DNA from: Eledone cirrhosa
Taxonomy: Eukaryota
Assembly: GCA_964016885.1 (NCBI GenBank)
Contig: OZ024742.1
Coordinates: 345,836,001 to 345,900,000 of the forward strand
Direction: 5' to 3'
Length of the DNA stretch: 64,000 nt
In this document: one piece after another, positions 38,360 through 51,672 of the stretch
Position numbering within the stretch: the stretch's first letter is position 1
Layout: each line of letters begins with the position of its first letter
The notes under the pieces: generated by a model
The model's input: the letters and a program-made list of their open reading frames with translations, nothing else
What the model was told of the DNA's origin: nothing
The model's database searches: none
Program-made: the position numbers and the translations under genes

Positions 38360-41300
38360 TATATATATAAGAGAGTATTGAAGTTTGCTTGAAGCATTGT
38401 GGAATAATAGGTAAAAATCTTTAAGTCGTTTGGAAGCCTCGACAATGCAAATGGGTAAATCTCCGGGTAACAAGATCCGGTGGTGGAGAGAGAGATTTAA
38501 GTGGGTGTACGTTGAGATGCGTGGCGTGTATAAGACGTGTAGAGGAATGAAGGAAAGAGTATAAAGGATAAAATGAAAATAACAACACGAGAGAGAGTTA
38601 CCTTGGGAGAGATTTAATTGTCCCTATATATTTCGGATTCACATCCATCAACTGGGGGTATTTCCGGGGTGGGGGAAAGGTTGTCTGTCGGAAAGGTGCG
38701 AAACGCGTCCTCCGCTGTTTGTTGTTTTGAATATCTGAGGTATTTAGCAGAGCGCGCGTGGGCGTGAAATGGGGTCGGTCGAGCAGAGGTCAGCGGCCGA
38801 AGTATTTCTTTCAATTGTGGGAGTGGGGTGGCGCTAGCTGTCAGTCCATTCTCTGCCTGTTTGTTAAATGTTACTGTGTGTGTGTGTGCGTGTGTTGTTG
38901 TCTCGCTTGAGTGTGTGCGTGTGTTGTTGCCTTGTTCCTCTGTATTGGCAGTGTAGTATGTTCGTATGGTGGAATGCTACTGTGTGTGCGTGTGCGTGTG
39001 TAGTTGTCTCGCTTGTGTGTGTGTGTGCGTGTGTTGCTGAATCGTTTGTTAACTTAAACCAGCCACCTCATTTCACTTCTCTCGGATCGATTGTTTATTT
39101 GCGGTGCCAGGCGTTTGATAAAAAGCGCTTCCTTGATACGTAACGTGCCGACGTTTCTTTCAGTCGCTAGAATTGTGACAATGGGCCTTCCGTCTTTGTT
39201 TCCGCATTTGTCTATGTGTTTCCGGAAAGACGAGGCACTGGTTTTAGTGTGTTCCTTGATCCGGATGTGCAAAGGTCGGATTGTGCTACCTATATAGTAT
39301 TGGTTGCACCTGTCACATTCTATCTTATACACGACGTATGTGCGTAGGCAACAGTTCGCATGGCGTATCGGGCAGTCTCTGAGGGAGCACGCGTCAGTTG
39401 ATTTCCCGGGTTTCCTGGAGAGGCATCTTCGCAGGGAGGGGCCCTAGTGGGCCAGGTGGATGTCGAGGCTCTCCCTCCGTATAGCCTTGCGGATAGCGTT
39501 GGTGGTATTCTCGCCCAGGTGTGGCATTTTAAGGAAGCACTTGCCTTGGGTGCTTCTCTGTCTCTTGTGTCTGGTGTCTCCTACTCTGTCTGTGATCGAG
39601 GTAGGGTACCCGTTCGTCACCAGCACCTCGAGGAATTGCTTGGTATGAGTGACACCACTCGCGGGATCGCTGCATCTGTTTTTGATTCGCGCGATCTCGT
39701 TCGTGGTGTATCCTCTTTTGGCACTGTTAGGGAGGGCGGACTTGTAGTGAACGAATAGGTCCCTGCAGGCTGCATTTCGGAAGAAATTGCAGTGGATCCT
39801 TCCCTGTTCTGTGATGTTGATTCGGAAGTCGAGGAGGGCGTGTGACCCGTCTTCGTTGGGGTGTTCAACACTGAAGTCAATGTTCTCGTCCATGTTGTTG
39901 AACGTCTCATAGATTCTGTTTGCCGTGTCTTGGGAAGATGTGATGATGAGGATATCGTCCACGTACCTTGAGAAAAGGGCGACGGCGTTGGGGTGGCAGC
40001 CGTTGAGTGCCTTGCGCTCGAGGTTGTCCATGTAAGAGATCGCTAGCACACCCGACAGGCTTGATCCCATGGGCAATCCCGAGGTTTGTTGGTATGTTTG
40101 GTCAAGGAATCCGAAGTAGGTGTTGTCCACAACGATGGATAGGAGTTGGTAGATGTCAGTGGTGGTGAGCCCGAAGCAGTGTAGGTCGGTGAATTGGACG
40201 CGTTCCATCAGTATATTGACGGCCGGGAGGCATATCTGTTATTCCTTCTGGTGTCGGGATCCATTTGATGCAGGCGCTTCAACACCTCCTCGGAGCTGTT
40301 AACGTGTCCCGGCAAGGTGTCTAAGATGGGTTTGAGTATTCTGGCTAGGAGCCATGAAATTTTGTAGAGTGGTCCCTCCACGCTCGATACAATGGGCCTG
40401 ATCTTCAGGTCGGGTCCCTGTTTGTGTGTTTTCACGAGGTGGTAGAAGGCGGGTAGTCTGCTGTTCCTCGTGAGGAGGTTGTATCTCAGCTTCTTCGGGA
40501 GCTTCCGCCGGTCGCAGATGTTGGTCCAGGCGGCGTTGATGTGCTCTTCTATCTGCGCGGGAGTGATTCCCGTGACCTTGGAGTAGAAGTTGTCATAGTC
40601 AAGGTGTTGGAGGGCCAGGGTGTTGTAGGCCTCTCTGCTGATGACGCAGAATTCTTTTCCCTTGTCGGAGGGGAGATAGATGAGGTTCTTCGATTTTAGG
40701 TTGGAGAGAGTGGTGAGTTGCGATTTGGTGAGGTTATGTGTTGTGCGTGTGTGTGTGTTTGTGAAGTATATCCGAGATGGAGTGTTTTAGCCTGATGAGT
40801 TTAGTGTCGAGTTCGTTGTTGGTGGGTGGGGGTGGAGTGGGTTGTCGGGGTGGTAAGTGGGGAACTTGGGGTGGGTTGCGTGGGCGCTGTTATTTTCTGT
40901 GGAGCTGTTGATGGCGGTCACCCATTTAAGTTGGTAAGCGGCTCGACAAAAGTTAGCCTCGATGTTGAGTTTGAGTCTGTCGTCGAGACGTTGTGAGACG
41001 ATGAACTTGGGTCCGAGGTGTAGGAGTTTCAGCTCGTCGCTCGTGAGAGTGCCGGTTAGATCGGTGACAAACACACGCACACACACACAGTAGCATTCCA
41101 CCATACGAACATACTACACTGCCAATACAGAGGAACAAGGCAACAACACACGCACACACACACACACTCAAGCGAGACAACAACACACGCACACACACAC
41201 ACAGTAACATTTAACAAACAGGCAGAGAATGGACTGACAACTAGCGCCACCCCACTCCCACAATTGAAAGAAATACTTCGGCCGCTGACCTCTGCCCGAC

Positions 41301-41652
41301 CGACCCCATTTCACGCGCACGCGCGCTCTGCTGAATATCTCAGATATTCAAAACAACAAACAGCGGAGGACGCGTTTCGCACCTTTCCGACAGACAACCT
41401 TTCCCCCACCCCGGAAATACCCCCAGTTGATGGATGTGAATCCGAAATATATAGGGACAATTAAATCTCTCCCAAGGTAACTCTCTCTCGTGTTGTTATT
41501 TTCATTTTATCCTTTATACTCTTTCCTTCATTCCTCTACACGTTTTACACGCCACGCATCTGAACGTACACCCACTTAAATCTCTCTCTCCACCACCGGA
41601 TCTTGTTACCCGGAGATTTACCCATTTGCATTGTCGAGGCTTCCAAACAACT

Positions 41653-41655
<3 letters not shown>
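38360..41655 (-). mobile_element. Penelope-like element (RT + GIY-YIG) with inverted pLTR at its 5' end
   Basis: Disrupted ORF 41066->39054: LGPKF, IRPIVS, QTSGLPMGSSLS, FSRYVDD, VYKIECDRCNQYYIGSTIRPL. 41070-41655 is the reverse complement of ~38420-39000. Confidence 0.95.
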
Positions 41656-41696
<41 letters not shown>

Positions 41697-41698
<2 letters not shown>

Positions 41699-43148
41699 CA
41701 CCTTCTACCACCTGATGAAAACCCATAAACAAGGACCCGATCTGAAAATCAGGCCCATTGTCTCTAGCGTGGAGGGCCCGCTTTACAAAATATCGTGGCT
41801 GCTTTCCACACTACTGAAACCCATTCTACACACACTACCAGCCCACGTGTGCAGCTCAAAGGAGGTCTTGGAGCGACTACACCATCTGGCGCCCAACACC
41901 AGAAAGGACAACGGATATGCCTTCAGTCTTGATGTGGTCGCCCTTTATACCTCCGTACCAGCATCCCCAGCCGTCGACCTGTTGACCGAACGAGTCCGAG
42001 CATCTAACTTACACTGCTTCGGACTCACACACACGGACATCCACCAACTCCTTTCCTTCGTTGTGGATAATGCATTCTTCAATTTCCTCGGCCACACGTA
42101 CAAACAGATCTCTGGGCTACCTATGGGCTCTAGTCTGTCCGGCATACTTGCGATCTCGTACATGGACCACCTGGAACGCAAGGCACTCAACACCTGCCAA
42201 CCCAACGCCGTCGCCTTCTACTCCAGATACGTTGATGACATACTGATACTCACTTCTTCCCGGGAGATGGCGAATGAAATTCACCAAATCTTTAATGACA
42301 CTGACCATCACGTCGATTTCACCATCGAACACCCTGAAGAAGACGGGTCACTCGCCCTCCTCGACTTCCGTATCAACATCTCGGAAGAAGGAGACATAAA
42401 CACCACCTTCTACCGCAAGGCAGCGTGCAAGGACTTATTTGTGCATTACAACTCAGCCCTCCCCAACAACGCTAAGAGAGGCTATGTCCTAAATGAACTT
42501 ACACGGATCACTAATAGATGCAGCGACCCGATGGGTGGTCTCACCCATACCACGCAATTCCGTAATCTACTCAAGTCTAATGGATATCCCAAGCGACTGA
42601 TTAACGGAATTAGAGACCCCAGACCCAATAGACAGACACCCACTAGAAACTTAGATAAAAGCAGGTGCTTCTTTAAAATCCCTCACCTGAGTGAATATAC
42701 CACGAATGCCATCCGCAGGGCCATACGGATGGAGGGACTTGACATACATTTGGCCCACACAGGACCTTCGCTCCGAAGATGCCTCTCTACCAAACCCGAC
42801 GAGTCAGATGGGACGTGTTCCCTCACCAACTGCCCGATACGGGGGGCAGATTGCCTACGCACCTATGTCGTATATAAGATTCAATGCGATAAATGTAACA
42901 AGTTTTACATAGGTAGCACCATCCGACCCCTACATGTTCGTATCAAAGAACATGTCAACACCAACGCATCTTCCTTCCGTAAACACATCCTTAAATGCGG
43001 AAACCCACAGGGCAGACCCTTGGTCACAGTCCTAGCGACTGAACGCAGCATCGGATCCTTAAGGATAAAGGAAGCACTTGTTATTAAGAACCTCAGACCC
43101 CCACTTAACAACCGGGCTGAGAGAAATGAGCTGACATGGCTAATCTAA
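41697..43148 (+). CDS. PLE polyprotein, 5'-truncated but uninterrupted: reverse transcriptase + thumb + GIY-YIG endonuclease
   Basis: FSLDVVALYTSV, QISGLPMGSSLS, YSRYVDD, LALLD, VVYKIQCDKCNKFYIGSTIRPLHVRIKEH..EAL..LN. It starts directly after (TA)n. Confidence 0.92.
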
Positions 43149-43890
43149 CCATAGTGACCAGTAACAGCCCCTACGGCCTACTATCTTTCACACACACGCA
43201 CTTATATGTATACCCATACACATACACACACACATCTATATTTATACACGCACACATGTTTTACAACCTACCACCTTTCACACCCTTTGAATTCCAGCTT
43301 CTACGGCCCACTATCTTTCACACACACACACTCACATACATACACACATACACATATACACACACAGTTACACACACATATATATTTCACACACACACAC
43401 TCACATACATACACACATACACATATACACACACAGTTACACACACATATATATTTACGCACACATATCTTACGGCTTTCACACGCTAGCGCACCCTATT
43501 GATTTAACCCAATTGGTCAGTAGCTTTTGCCACAGCCTATCACACGCAAGCGCATTCTTTCCCTCGTTTGAATTTTTCCCCATAACGGCATTCCTATGTT
43601 TTAACGACAATACAACTTTCTCCGGCTTAGCCTGTTTCCCCCCCCCCCCCCTTTTGGAACTTTCCCCCCGTTGATGGGCGTGAGCCCGAAATATTGGGAT
43701 TAAATCTCCACTACGGTAACCCTTCTACCTTTGTTTTGTTTTCGTTTTTTCGTTTCTCTCAATTTTCACTTTTCTCCTATTTCTCACTCACTTCCTACCT
43801 CGAGATTTCCCATCTGCATTGTTGTGGCTTTCTAAAACTACATATTTTACATATTTCACAATGCTTCAAGCAAACTTTAACACCCTCATA
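41697..43890 (+). mobile_element. Penelope-like element with 3' pLTR, inserted in (TA)n
   Basis: ORF followed by CA-rich UTR, variant HHR 43661-43700, and the end caATGcttcaagcaaact..(TA)n. Confidence 0.9.
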
Positions 43891-43911
43891 TATATATATA
43901 TATATATATAT

Positions 43912-46115
43912 TTAAAAACACACAGATACATGCGGACACACACATATATACATGAATGCATCCGCACCCAACTGTGAGTTAAGGGTGCCAACTTCACCGA
44001 TGTTGCTCAATGAATGACTGGGACAGACCAATTCAGTTTGAACCAGACTGAACCAGTATCAGAGTTAAAAATACATTATGAAGAGAGAAGAAACATTTAG
44101 ATATAATTAGTAATAAAATGTATCATACCTAAACTGTTCCTAAATTCCTCGACTACGTAGTTTCGTGGCATAAACAAAAACAATATATCAAAGATATAGA
44201 GTCCTTGCGAGGTCTGCCAATCTTTGATATATTGTTCTTGTTTATGCCACGAAACTACGTAGTCGAGGAATTTAGGAACAGTTTAGGTATGATACATTTT
44301 ATTACTAATTATATCTAAATGTTTCTTCTCTCTTCATAATGTATTTTTAACTCTGATACTGGTTCAGTCTGGTTCAAACTGAATTGGTCTGTCCCAGTCA
44401 TTCATTGAGCAACATCGGTGAAGTTGGCACCCTTAACTCACAGTTGGGTGCGGATGCATTCATGTATATATGTGTGTGTCCGCATGTATCTGTGTGTTTT
44501 TAAATATATTAATAACTCCCTCTGGTCGAGCAATCTTTGAAGTGTGGGGACAACTGGAAAGCTTCCATTACTCATACTTCTTGCCTTCTTCACTACCTCT
44601 TCTACGGCCTCGATATGAATACCCCCTCCGCCTCCGTGGTATTTTCTTCGTGGTTATAAGAGGCTTAGCTCTGTTTCTCGACCGTTATATCGCGTGACTA
44701 TCTCCCCCTCCGCCTTTTGGGATTCTTTCTCACGTCGAGTAGACGCGTTCTTGAGACTAGTAAAATGAGGTATCCTCTTGATAAGTTGGCAGACCTCGCA
44801 AGGACTCTATATCTTTGATATATTGTTTTTGTTTATGCCACGAAACTACGTAGTCGAGGAATTTAGGAACAGTTTAGGTATGATACATTTTATTACTAAT
44901 TATATCTAAATGTTTCTTCTCTCTTCATAATGTATTTTTAACTCTGATACTGGTTCAGTCTGGTTCAAACTGAATTGGTCTGTCCCAGTCATTCATTGAG
45001 CAACATCGGTGAAGTTGGCACCCTTAACTCACAGTTGGATGCGGATGCATTCATGTATATATGTGTGTGTCCGCATGTATCTGTGTGTTTTTAAATATAT
45101 TAATAACTCCCTCTGGTCGAGCAATCTTTGAAGTGTGGGGACAACTGGAAAGCTTCCATTACTCATACTTCTTGCCTTCTTCACTACCTCTTCTACGGCC
45201 TCGATATGAATACCCCCTCCGCCTCCGTGGTATTTTCTTCGTGGTTATAAGAGGCTTAGCTCTGTTTCTCGACCGTTATATCGCGTGACTATCTCCCCCT
45301 CCGCCTTTTGGGATTCTTTCTCACGTCGAGTAGACGCGTTCTTGAGACTAGTAAAATGAGGTATCCTCTTGATAAGTTGGCAGACCTCGCAAGGACTCTA
45401 TATCTTTGATATATTGTTTTTGTTTATGCCACGAAACTACGTAGTCGAGGAATTTAGGAACAGTTTAGGTATGATACATTTTATTACTAATTATATCTAA
45501 ATGTTTCTTCTCTCTTCATAATGTATTTTTAACTCTGATACTGGTTCAGTCTGGTTCAAACTGAATGGGTCTGTCCCAGTCATTCATTGAGCAACATCGG
45601 TGAAGTTGGCACCCTTAACTCACAGTTGGGTGCGGATGCATTCATGTATATATGTGTGTGTCCGCATGTATCTGTGTGTTTTTAAATATATTAATAACTC
45701 CCTCTGGTCGAGCAATCTTTGAAGTGTGGGGACAACTGGAAAGCTTCCATTACTCATACTTCTTGCCTTCTTCACTACCTCTTCTACGGCCTCGATATGA
45801 ATACCCCCTCCGCCTCCGTGGTATTTTCTTCGTGGTTATAAGAGGCTTAGCTCTGTTTCTCGACCGTTATATCGCGTGACTATCTCCCCCTCCGCCTTTT
45901 GGGATTCTTTCTCACGTCGTGTAGACGCGTTCTTGAGACTAGTAAAATGAGGTATCCTCTTGATAAGTTGGCAGACCTCGCAAGGACTCTATATCTTTGA
46001 TATATTGTTTTTGTTTATGCCACGAAACTACGTAGTCGAGGAATTTAGGAACAGTTTAGGTATGATACATTTTATTACTAATTATATCTAAATGTTTCTT
46101 CTCTCTTCATAATGT
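43912..46115 (+). mobile_element. 591-bp tandem retrozyme/pLTR array (3.2 units) with 5' inverted segment
   Basis: Identical 75-aa ORFs at 44470, 45061 and 45652 give a period of 591. 43912-44220 is inverted. Flanked by (TA)n. One HHR per unit. Confidence 0.9.
44773..44860 (+). ncRNA. Hammerhead ribozyme, U3:A8 variant (copies 45364-45451, 45955-46042)
   Basis: UCCUC-UUGAUAA-GuUGGCA...UGCCAC-GAAA-CUACGUAG-UC-GAGGA. Predicted cleavage after GUC at 44855. Confidence 0.8.
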
Positions 46116-47127
46116 ATATATATATATATATATATATAACGAAGGAGGTGTGGTAAGGAACCAGATGGACCATAACGCACCAATACTCAATACTTAGAGT
46201 GGTAGTATGGGAAATAGGAAAATGTTTAACTCCGATGGCAGAGCTCAAACCGTTTCGACGGCGAATTCAGAAATAGCCGTCGTAACGGCTTGAGCTCTGC
46301 CGTCGAGGTTAAGCATTTTCCTATATATATATATATGTATATCTTTTCCCTTGTGAGTTCCACACGTGCTTTACGTGCCTCTGTGCCACTCACAAATTTG
46401 CTACAGAGCAAAATACCTGTTGATAACGTGATATTCCTTGTTCGACCATTATACCTAAAGCTTATATTTTTAAGCAGACAGTGTTTTGATTTAGGTGTCA
46501 TAGAAACCCTGCATTGGATTTTAACATCAATTCCAAGGGGTCCAGGTCGGTGTTTTCTTTATCATTCATTTTATTTTGTTTTGACCTGTTTAGTTTGATT
46601 TGCTTTTTGGCTTAGGTGGTTGACGCTTTCTTGACCACTTTTTCAGTTTTGTATGGCCTCTTAACATATTGTTTAGCTCTAGTTTTTTAACCATCGAGCG
46701 CTTGCCAGTTCATATCTGATTTTTGCGTTTCGTTTCGCCTTGCCTACCCGCCGAAATGCGATTCTCGCTGAATATATATTTATATATATATATGACATGT
46801 ATTCTATCATATTTCCGGCGGTTGTTATTAAAAATAATGAAATTATATGAGATTAATCAATGTGTGGATAATGAGAAAGTATATATGTCATCAAATTGGA
46901 AGACATTCTTCGAAGAACTAGTTAAGGCAAGGAACTTTATTAAGTTCCTGAGACAATTATTACTAATTAACTTATAAATATTTCTTGGTTGCAAATGAAT
47001 GTCTGAATACGTATCAAATATGTCAAACAGATCATTCTCTTATAATATTTGTTTCACCTCTCTCTTTCTCTCTCATGCTCTCTCTCCCTCTCTTGCTCTC
47101 TTTATACAAGTAAATAAACACACACCT

Positions 47128-47191
<64 letters not shown>

Positions 47192-47552
47192 TCACGTGTG
47201 TTTATGTATATATATATATATGTACGTATGTATGTATTTATGTATGTTCTTCTGGTTTTATAATTTCACAATTTTTTTTCAATAGAGAGAGAGTCGGTTT
47301 CTAACATAGACACAAGACTCTCTCATTGGAATTTACACAACATAAACTAGGTAGATATGTATGCATGTGTGCATGCATGTGTGTGCAGGCATGGATGTTG
47401 TTTTATGTGAGGATGTGTATGTTTTGAGTTGTATGTGTGCATGTGTATATGCTTTGTATGTGTACATGTGTATATGCAGTTATTAGATGAAAAATTTTGT
47501 AATGTTTTACATATTTTTACTGTTCCATTAATGGATTGTACTTATAATTGCC

Positions 47553-48640
47553 TAACTAGTCGTGTTCTTTCTGTTTCTGTGAAGCCCAGTTTCTCAAGAT
47601 TTGTATTGAGGCAGTTACTAACATACCCCAGTGGCCAATAATCACAGGTATAAATCTGAAGGTATGATCAGGGTGGAGTATCTGCAGATTTCTCATTAGT
47701 TCTGCATAGATATTCTCCTTTTCGCTAATCTTTGATATTATATTGGCATCGTCTGGGCAGCTAACTTCCACTACTGTGCTCGCCTCCTTTTCCCTGTCCC
47801 ATATAATTTTATCTGGTCTGTTATGCCTGCATTTTATTGGGTTTTTTTGTACTGGAACATTCCACCAGTACTCTTTCATATTATGTATATGTATGTCTTC
47901 CCCATTGCTGTAGATTTTAACGTGTTTATTATCGGGGCTATCTTTTCTACGGATTGCATTGTACAGTGTTTTGGCCAATACATCATGCCTCATAGGTAGA
48001 TAGTACCGCGATGACATATTTGGACAGCTGCTTATGATATGGGTGACATCTGCGATGTTAATTCTGCAGAGTCTGCACTTGTCACATCTAGGTGTTTTGC
48101 CTGCATCCCTATCTCTTTTGTGAATCAGGTATTTCGTGTTGATTTCCTGTTCTTGGATTTCAAATGCGTATCGTTCAAATTGGGAGCTAATATAGCGGTT
48201 TTTGCTCCAAGATAGACTACTTTCTTTATCTATATTACTCTCACTCTGGAGCTTCCAGGCAACATATCCATGCATGATGTTTTGCTGATAATCATGCAGT
48301 TTATCATCCATGGATTCACTGCGGTACTGCTGGGCAACTTCCCTAGGTGTGAGTTTTTGATTATCACGCATGGAATATATTTCAAGGAGTTTCTTGCCAA
48401 CTCTCATGATCTTATCTATTTCATGCAGATAGATTTGTTCGAGAGACGGGCTCCTACGTTTCGATGTTCGTAAATGTTGTCGAAGGGATATGATGCGACA
48501 TTCAAATGCTGCCTGGACTGATGTTAGGCCTCTGCCTCCCTGCTTACGTTTCAAGTAAAGGCGGTCTACGTCATTGTTGATGTGGAAGTTTCCGGTATTG
48601 TTTAGTGTTTTTCGAGTCCTAACATCAATTGCTCGCATTT
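47553..48640 (-). mobile_element. R4/Dong-like non-LTR retrotransposon 3' fragment (CCHC + REL endonuclease)
   Basis: [47 protein letters not shown]. Confidence 0.85.
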
Positions 48641-48703
48641 CGTCTGCATGTATGTATATATCTGTGTGCGTGTATATATATATATGTGTGTGTATGTGTG
48701 GGT

Positions 48704-48734
<31 letters not shown>

Positions 48735-48902
48735 CATATATATATATATATATACATATACATAAATACTGATATATGATTGTGTGTCTGTGCGTGTACA
48801 ACACGTTCACGATTTGGACCATATTTCTGGGTTATATCGTATCACTCACACCCCCTCTCTTTTTCTTTCTTTCTACCTCTCCCTCTCTCTCTCTCTTTCT
48901 CT

Positions 48903-49037
<135 letters not shown>

Positions 49038-49078
49038 CATATAATAAAAAGTGGGGACCCGACGGCTGAGCTCTGGCC

Positions 49079-49114
<36 letters not shown>

Positions 49115-49118
<4 letters not shown>

Positions 49119-49590
49119 AGTTTATGTTGGTTGTATACCAACACCTCAGTATGCAAGCTGGAGCACTCGACGAAGTGCGCAGGTTGGTTTGGTTACTCCG
49201 GAGTAGTGTAAAATAAAGTTAAATAAAAGTCAAATGATTAAAATTTAGCTTCGTTTATTACTGCTATATATATTTCAGTGACAGCCATCTTTGGCTGTGA
49301 CCTCTTCAGGCAGTTTGAATTAGTATGGTATAGACAAGTACATATGTTGTTTAGGTGTGTAATATTGTCAATACTCTGATATGCCCAGTTCCTGGTTGGG
49401 TTGTTATTTCACTGAGGAACTGGAGTCATGATATGACTCCAGTTCCTCATATGTACTTGTCTATACCATACTAATTCAAACTGCCTGAAGAGGTCACAGC
49501 CAAAGATGGCTGTCACTGAAATATATATAGCAGTAATAAACGAAGCTAAATTTTAAACATTTGACTTTTATTTAACTTTATTTTATATAT
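49115..49590. mobile_element. Fold-back HHR mini-element with nested hairpin 49412-49448
   Basis: 49208-49350 is inverted at 49448-49587. HHR ACUGC-CUGAAGA-GGUcACAGCCA..UGGCUGUcACU-GAAA-UAUAUA-UA-GCAGU. Confidence 0.85.
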
Positions 49591-50089
49591 ATATATATGG
49601 GTTACAAGGCACGTGGCTCAGTGGTTACATTGATAAAAAGAGATCAATAAAATATGTACCAGTCTTGAACAGTAAGGACTAAGTCAGATAGAATTGACTA
49701 TAATAAGTTAGTTTCCCAGCATGACTGCAATCTAATGACTAGGAGTCCTCGGACCAGATACAGCCGAGTTCCTACTTAAAATTGGAACCTTCTTAGGAAG
49801 GAGACGCCGAGGCGGGGTGACTTACTCCGCGTGTCACTGGTCAGTGTCTGCGGATATACTTTTGTAGAATTGTCCGCAAAGTGCAGCTGAAACACCACCC
49901 CTACCTAAGCACAGAACCTATCACCGCTCCCTTTCCCCTCTTTTCCTTCCGTTACCTAATAGTCCTTGCTCTTTTCCTCCTTTTATTTTATGGCATTTAT
50001 AAACCTTTCCTCTGCTTTCCTATACAAGATCCTCCCCTTCTTTACACTTTCCATCAATTTTTCCTTACTTAATTTTGTTAATATTCCCA

Positions 50090-50270
50090 CCATTGTATAA
50101 CTTCTGTAAAATATAGTTGACATAATATGTTTATATATAACAGATAACAAAATATTTCAATCATTCTATAACTTCTGTCTGTAAAATATAGTTGACATAT
50201 GTTTATGTAATAGATAATAAAATATTTCTACCATTATATAACTTTTGTTTGTAAAATATAGTTGACATCT
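50090..50270. repeat. ~75-bp unit x2.5 (dispersed copy 58350-58410)
   Basis: cattgtataacttctg..gtaaaatatagttgacat repeated. Confidence 0.7.
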
Positions 50271-51344
50271 AATAAAAACAATATTCAGAACAAAATATAA
50301 AATCAGCTACACTTCTGGTTAACAAGGCGAATTCAATATTCTGATAATCTGCTGTAGTTTTCTTAAATAGTCCAAATTCAAACTGCGTACGCCATCTTGA
50401 AAGAAGCATTTCGTGCCACTTATACCTAATTTCAGGAAATCAATTGTAGAAAATTCACTTGCACGCACACACACGCGCGCGCGCGCACACACACACACGT
50501 ACATATACACATATAGATATATCACGTCGAATAATTAGGAAGTTTTGAAAGAGTAGCTCTTGCTGAAGTGTTGGATATCTTGCAGTATGAGAGAATAGAC
50601 TAAGTTTTAATGTGAGGCAGTCCTTCGCAATACCAGCGTCCTTCGCCACTACAACAGAGCACACAAACGACTTCCAGCCCGTCTCCCTTGCCGTCCTCCG
50701 GGAAACGCCTTCTCCATTCTGTCCGCCGGGGCTGAGGCGAGGCCACCAATATGATTGACTACCTTGTCATTTTATCAGTCAACTGTTGCTGTCGTTAGAT
50801 AAATAGGTATCTGTAGATGAATGTTGATACTTATTTTCACTTGCGTTTCTTTTATAACAATATGCTGTTATTGAAGGGTTGGTGGTAGAAAATGCAGTTA
50901 ACATTGCTACCATCATTGTCAGTCTAAGTTGAGAGCTGTGAATATCAATAACAACTGATTATCAAATCCATTGGCGGACCACCAAGTTGCTCATCATTAA
51001 TTGAGCTCACTCATTAGAGAAATCATTAGAATTTCTTAATTAATGTAGAGTGATTATTTAGGTTTGTCTCAATGTTGCTCTGACATTTTTAACGCCAGCT
51101 CCATAATCTCTAATACAATAAATATAATACTCTATCAACTGTATTCTGCTTGGCCTAACGTTCAAACGTTATGCCTATAAAACCTCAACTAGAGGACGAA
51201 ATTCAAAGAGCAACAACCCAAGGTCGTCATTTTCCTCAATAGAGCAAACTATACACGTGAGTGTCTGTGTGTATAAGAGGTAAATAGCAGAAATCGCCGA
51301 GCCCGCAGTCGATCAACTAATTTTACTAATACATATATATATAT

Positions 51345-51672
51345 ATAATGGAAAACGAAGAATCAGTGACGCATCGGAAGTCAATTTATTACGTATAACA
51401 ATTGTTTCCCCGGCGAACAGCTCGAGTTGCGATCTGTGTGTGGATCGAATCTGACTCTGAATTCGCAGGTTCCTCAGACAAGTTTATTGATTTGCTCCGA
51501 AATCAATTGTACAAAAGTATTTCCGCGGGGAAACAATTGTAATACGTAATAAATTGAGTTCCGATGCATCACTGATTCTTCGTTTTCCATTTTATCATAC
51601 TCTGCTCCGTAGGAGCAGAGAGTGCTCAACCGACATACCGCCTATGGACGCATCTTAGCTACCATAAGTCAT
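51345..51672. mobile_element. Fold-back element with large-stem-II HHR (51390-51482 minus); related copy 57515-57795
   Basis: Inverted arms at 51347-51410 and 51525-51592. Minus strand CUGAGGA-aCCUGCGAA...UUCGCCGGg-GAAA-CAAUUG-UU-AUAC. Confidence 0.7.

Noticed and set aside
44470-45879. Three identical 75-aa ORFs
   Set aside because: They follow from the 591-bp tandem; no recognisable motif, and the start lies in a TG microsatellite.
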